Assembly (NCBI GenBank): GCA_051453625.1
Contig: JBOZIK010000001.1
Location: 34,086,663 to 34,150,662 of the forward strand
Source of the DNA: Welwitschia mirabilis
Taxonomy: Eukaryota
Length of the DNA stretch: 64,000 nt
Direction of reading: 5' to 3'
The number at the start of each line of letters is the position of its first letter. The stretch's first letter is position 1. Both the position numbers and the translations under genes were made by a program. This document shows, piece by piece, positions 61,016-64,000 of this stretch. The notes beneath the pieces are model-generated. The model made no database searches and was not told the DNA's origin. It was given only the letters and a program-made list of their open reading frames with translations.

Positions 61016-63199
61016 AGAATCTTAGTTTTGGTCTACAATTTTCATACAGTTGAATCAAAAATTGAAATTTGAAATAAAGGCATATTATTCATAGACTTAT
61101 GTCATATTAAAATTTCAAGATTTTATCTTAACACTTCAAAACCTTTCCTTTGTTAGTTTATATACTTAAGGCATTATTTTTAAAAATAGTATCAATTTGT
61201 CTTCAAATTACAAAATAGGAAGCACAAATCGATTTCCTCAAAATAAGATTTGAACATAAACTTTTGAACAATTTGTTTAAATATTTCAAAGTCTAAAAAA
61301 AATCTAAACATTGCAAAAAAACAATAGCAACAATCATGTATATGGGTATGTGCATGAATCATGGGCTAGTGAGAATTAATCTCCTACATTCAAAGTATTT
61401 CAACATTAAATTCTGAACAATTTAAACTCACATAGCATTTTCTTTTATTTTATTTATGTAACATTCTTTTTACATAACCTTTAAGAGTATATCCACCATT
61501 ATTATTTAAATAAATGTTTTTTAAAAACTTTTTTAAAATTGAAGCCATAATGGCAAAGTTAAGGAAGTACTACTTTATTATTGTTTTAAACTCCATCAAT
61601 TAACTCCCCTTGAAGTTGAAAACCATGAACTTTTAAATGAAAATTTGCCACCACCAAGCCCACCATCCCATCAACCTATGATGCTTCAGAAATTAAATAC
61701 AAGTTGTCGAACTGTACGTGACGATGAATCTCCACGATGGCTATTAATTTACGGAGCGGGCTAAACAGTATATTATCTCATAAGGTGTACAAGTGAAATG
61801 CACACCACAAGTTTCAAATTGTATGCCACTTGTCATCACCTCAATATATATAGTACATGACTTAGGAGGCAGTTTAACTTCTTTGTTAATTTACTAAGGC
61901 AACTTCATGCTATCAGCCTTATCATTTCCCATGCAAGTTGATGAATTTCCACGATGACTATTAATGCATCGAAGTCAACTTCATGCAGGCAGCCTAATCA
62001 TTTTCCACGTAGGGCCAATCACATGCAACGTGGATCTGACACCGAACGCAACTGCCATTAGCCACTTGCAGCATACCTGAACTCATGGGGTTCCCGTTTT
62101 GGGGATTTCATTATTTATGCCATACAACCTCAAACGTGGAACTACTTTTTATCATTTTTTCGAGATTTCTCATTATTTATGCCCCCCATCTCTAACGTGG
62201 AGCTAGTTTTCTCATTAAAAGAGTAAAGGTATTTTAAATCCTTTGCTGGTGTGTAATGCACAAGGGACGTTAAGGGACAAAGAATCATTAAAGATATTTT
62301 AAATCATTAACTAAAGTCAAAAAAATTTTATTGTATGGGCTTTGGCCATGTGTCGATGGACATTGACTTAGTTTATTTCTATGCTAAAAGTTTTCTCATT
62401 TTACAAGGTTTTTACATATTTTTAAATTTTTATTTTACAAAATTTTTCTTAATTTTATAGAAAGTTATTACTTGTTGTATTTGACAACTTAATCAATTTT
62501 ACATCATTTTGATGCTATGTGCTAATATATGCATTTTCTTTTTAAAATCACATAATTAGTTTGAAGAAATGTGGTTAAAATATACCAGGAATGTGCTTAG
62601 GCACTAAATTTGGTAATCCATATTATCATTTTGTCTCATTTTTAACATATTCCTTTTAAATAAAAGCTTTATTTATTTGAATGTTTTAAATTCCTCTCCT
62701 TCTTTTCTCATTTTTAGTAAGAATTTGTGCAAAGTGTAGATTTTCTAAATATGATTAAAGTTTGTTTTGAAACAGGACTTGTTTACAAGTGATTTAATTC
62801 TTTTAACATTTCTAAATTTCCACATTAGTTTGATAGTTAAATAATGTGTTAAGTAAATTTCACACATTTAAATTAAGATTGACAAATGCATTTAACACTA
62901 AAGTGCTTAATTCAACATTTAAGGTACATGTTATAAGATTAAAGATTTGCATGTTAATGTTATTTGAGTAAGAATTATGTTAGAAGTTGAGAGTATTATA
63001 TAGTTGATCAAAGGGATTATTGGATTTTATGCTTTAGATGAAGAGATCTCAAGTATTATTTCATATAATGAGATGATTACAATGGTAATTTACTTCACTA
63101 ATCAATCTATTTGTAAACTTCTAAGAAGATTTTTCAATTTGCCTTCTCTTAAGATGTGAAGTTAGTAGCTATGCCTACAACATTTTGCTTTTTTTGTCA

Positions 63200-63710
63200 A
63201 ACAGAACTGACAATTATTTTCCCTTCTTCTTTTCTTCTTTTGAGTTTAGCAAATGACCATGTATTTATGTTTCCCTACTTCTTCCTTTCCTTTCCACTGA
63301 ACCTAGAGGATGAAGTAACATGTCTTAAAAAGTTGGTTAAGGTATTGTAAATTGATAATGAAAGAATGAAGTTTATTACAAGTAATGATGTTGTGAATGG
63401 TCAAAATGACTAGCACCATATGTTGTATAAATATGTTAAGCTTAAAATTAGAAGGCGAAGAACTACTTTAACCATTGATTTTCTCTAGGTATGTAAGGAC
63501 ATGAAGATTAAAAAAGGAGGAAAAAACAGAATAATAGCATGTCCACACACCAAGTAGATTTTGTGCTTTCCAAGTTTAGCAAATGACCATGGATTTATAT
63601 TTCCCTCCTTCTCTGTTTCCTCTGCATTATCCCCGACAATGAGACAACCTATATCCAAAGGTTGATTAATGTCTTGCACATTGCTAATGTAAGAAGGACA
63701 ATTTTATTTT
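63200..63710. repeat. Diverged direct duplication, period ~330 bp
   Basis: gtttagcaaatgaccatg.atttat.tttccct.cttct at ~63244 and ~63573, with further similarity downstream of each. Confidence 0.65.
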
Positions 63711-64000
63711 TCCTTTTTTGAAAAAAACTTAAAAGGAAGCTCTTTGAAAACTTGCCATTGCTGCTGCAGCATTTCTGTATACTTGGATTCTCAATTTTTC
63801 CCTCCTTTTCTTTCCTTTGTTAAACCAATGTCCTTTCCAAATTTTGAATGTTAATCAAATGTTAAGAAGACTTTCATAAGAACTCCTAAAAAACATACTT
63901 AATGGACAAAATTTTATCATTAAAGTAGAACCCTAAACAGAACAACAAGACACAGAGAAGTGACGAGAGATAAGCCCCGCACGGACACACACACAAGACA

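Noticed and set aside
1..64000. Assigning the species or lineage
   Set aside because: Low GC, a divergent laccase and the NUPT order are suggestive, but cannot identify the taxon without a database search.

Overview
Eukaryotic, land-plant nuclear DNA from a fragmented draft assembly. It is very AT-rich and has many N gaps, and the flanks of most 100-N gaps are diverged near-duplicates. Positions ~1-52,000 are a dead, multiply nested cluster of Ty3/gypsy LTR retrotransposons. Three copies belong to one Athila-like autonomous family: A (1-6524, -), B (7528-18220, -) and D (30914-44153, +). There is also a gag/protease-only Athila-like element C (22891-46074, +), a probable non-autonomous Athila-like element E (18221-46313, -), and an outer LTR-like element F whose repeat carries a ~460 bp foldback. 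All are heavily eroded by C>T/G>A transitions and no intact TE ORF remains. After the cluster come a decayed plastid insertion (psbI?-psbK-trnQ-trnE fragment), a probable CACTA transposase remnant and AT-rich minisatellites. The only host gene is a GC-rich laccase on the minus strand (ATG 59258). As assembled it is frameshifted, is a mosaic of distinct 3' versions, and one version is interrupted by a GC-rich insertion. A chromovirus-type gag remnant lies upstream of it. I found no unambiguous new biological system. The best leads are the four-level nest with testable junctions, the PPT-LTR-PBS junction, the non-canonical trnQ-trnE plastid order, the near-exclusively transitional decay, and the odd laccase locus. 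All calls are by eye; no alignment or database search was run.
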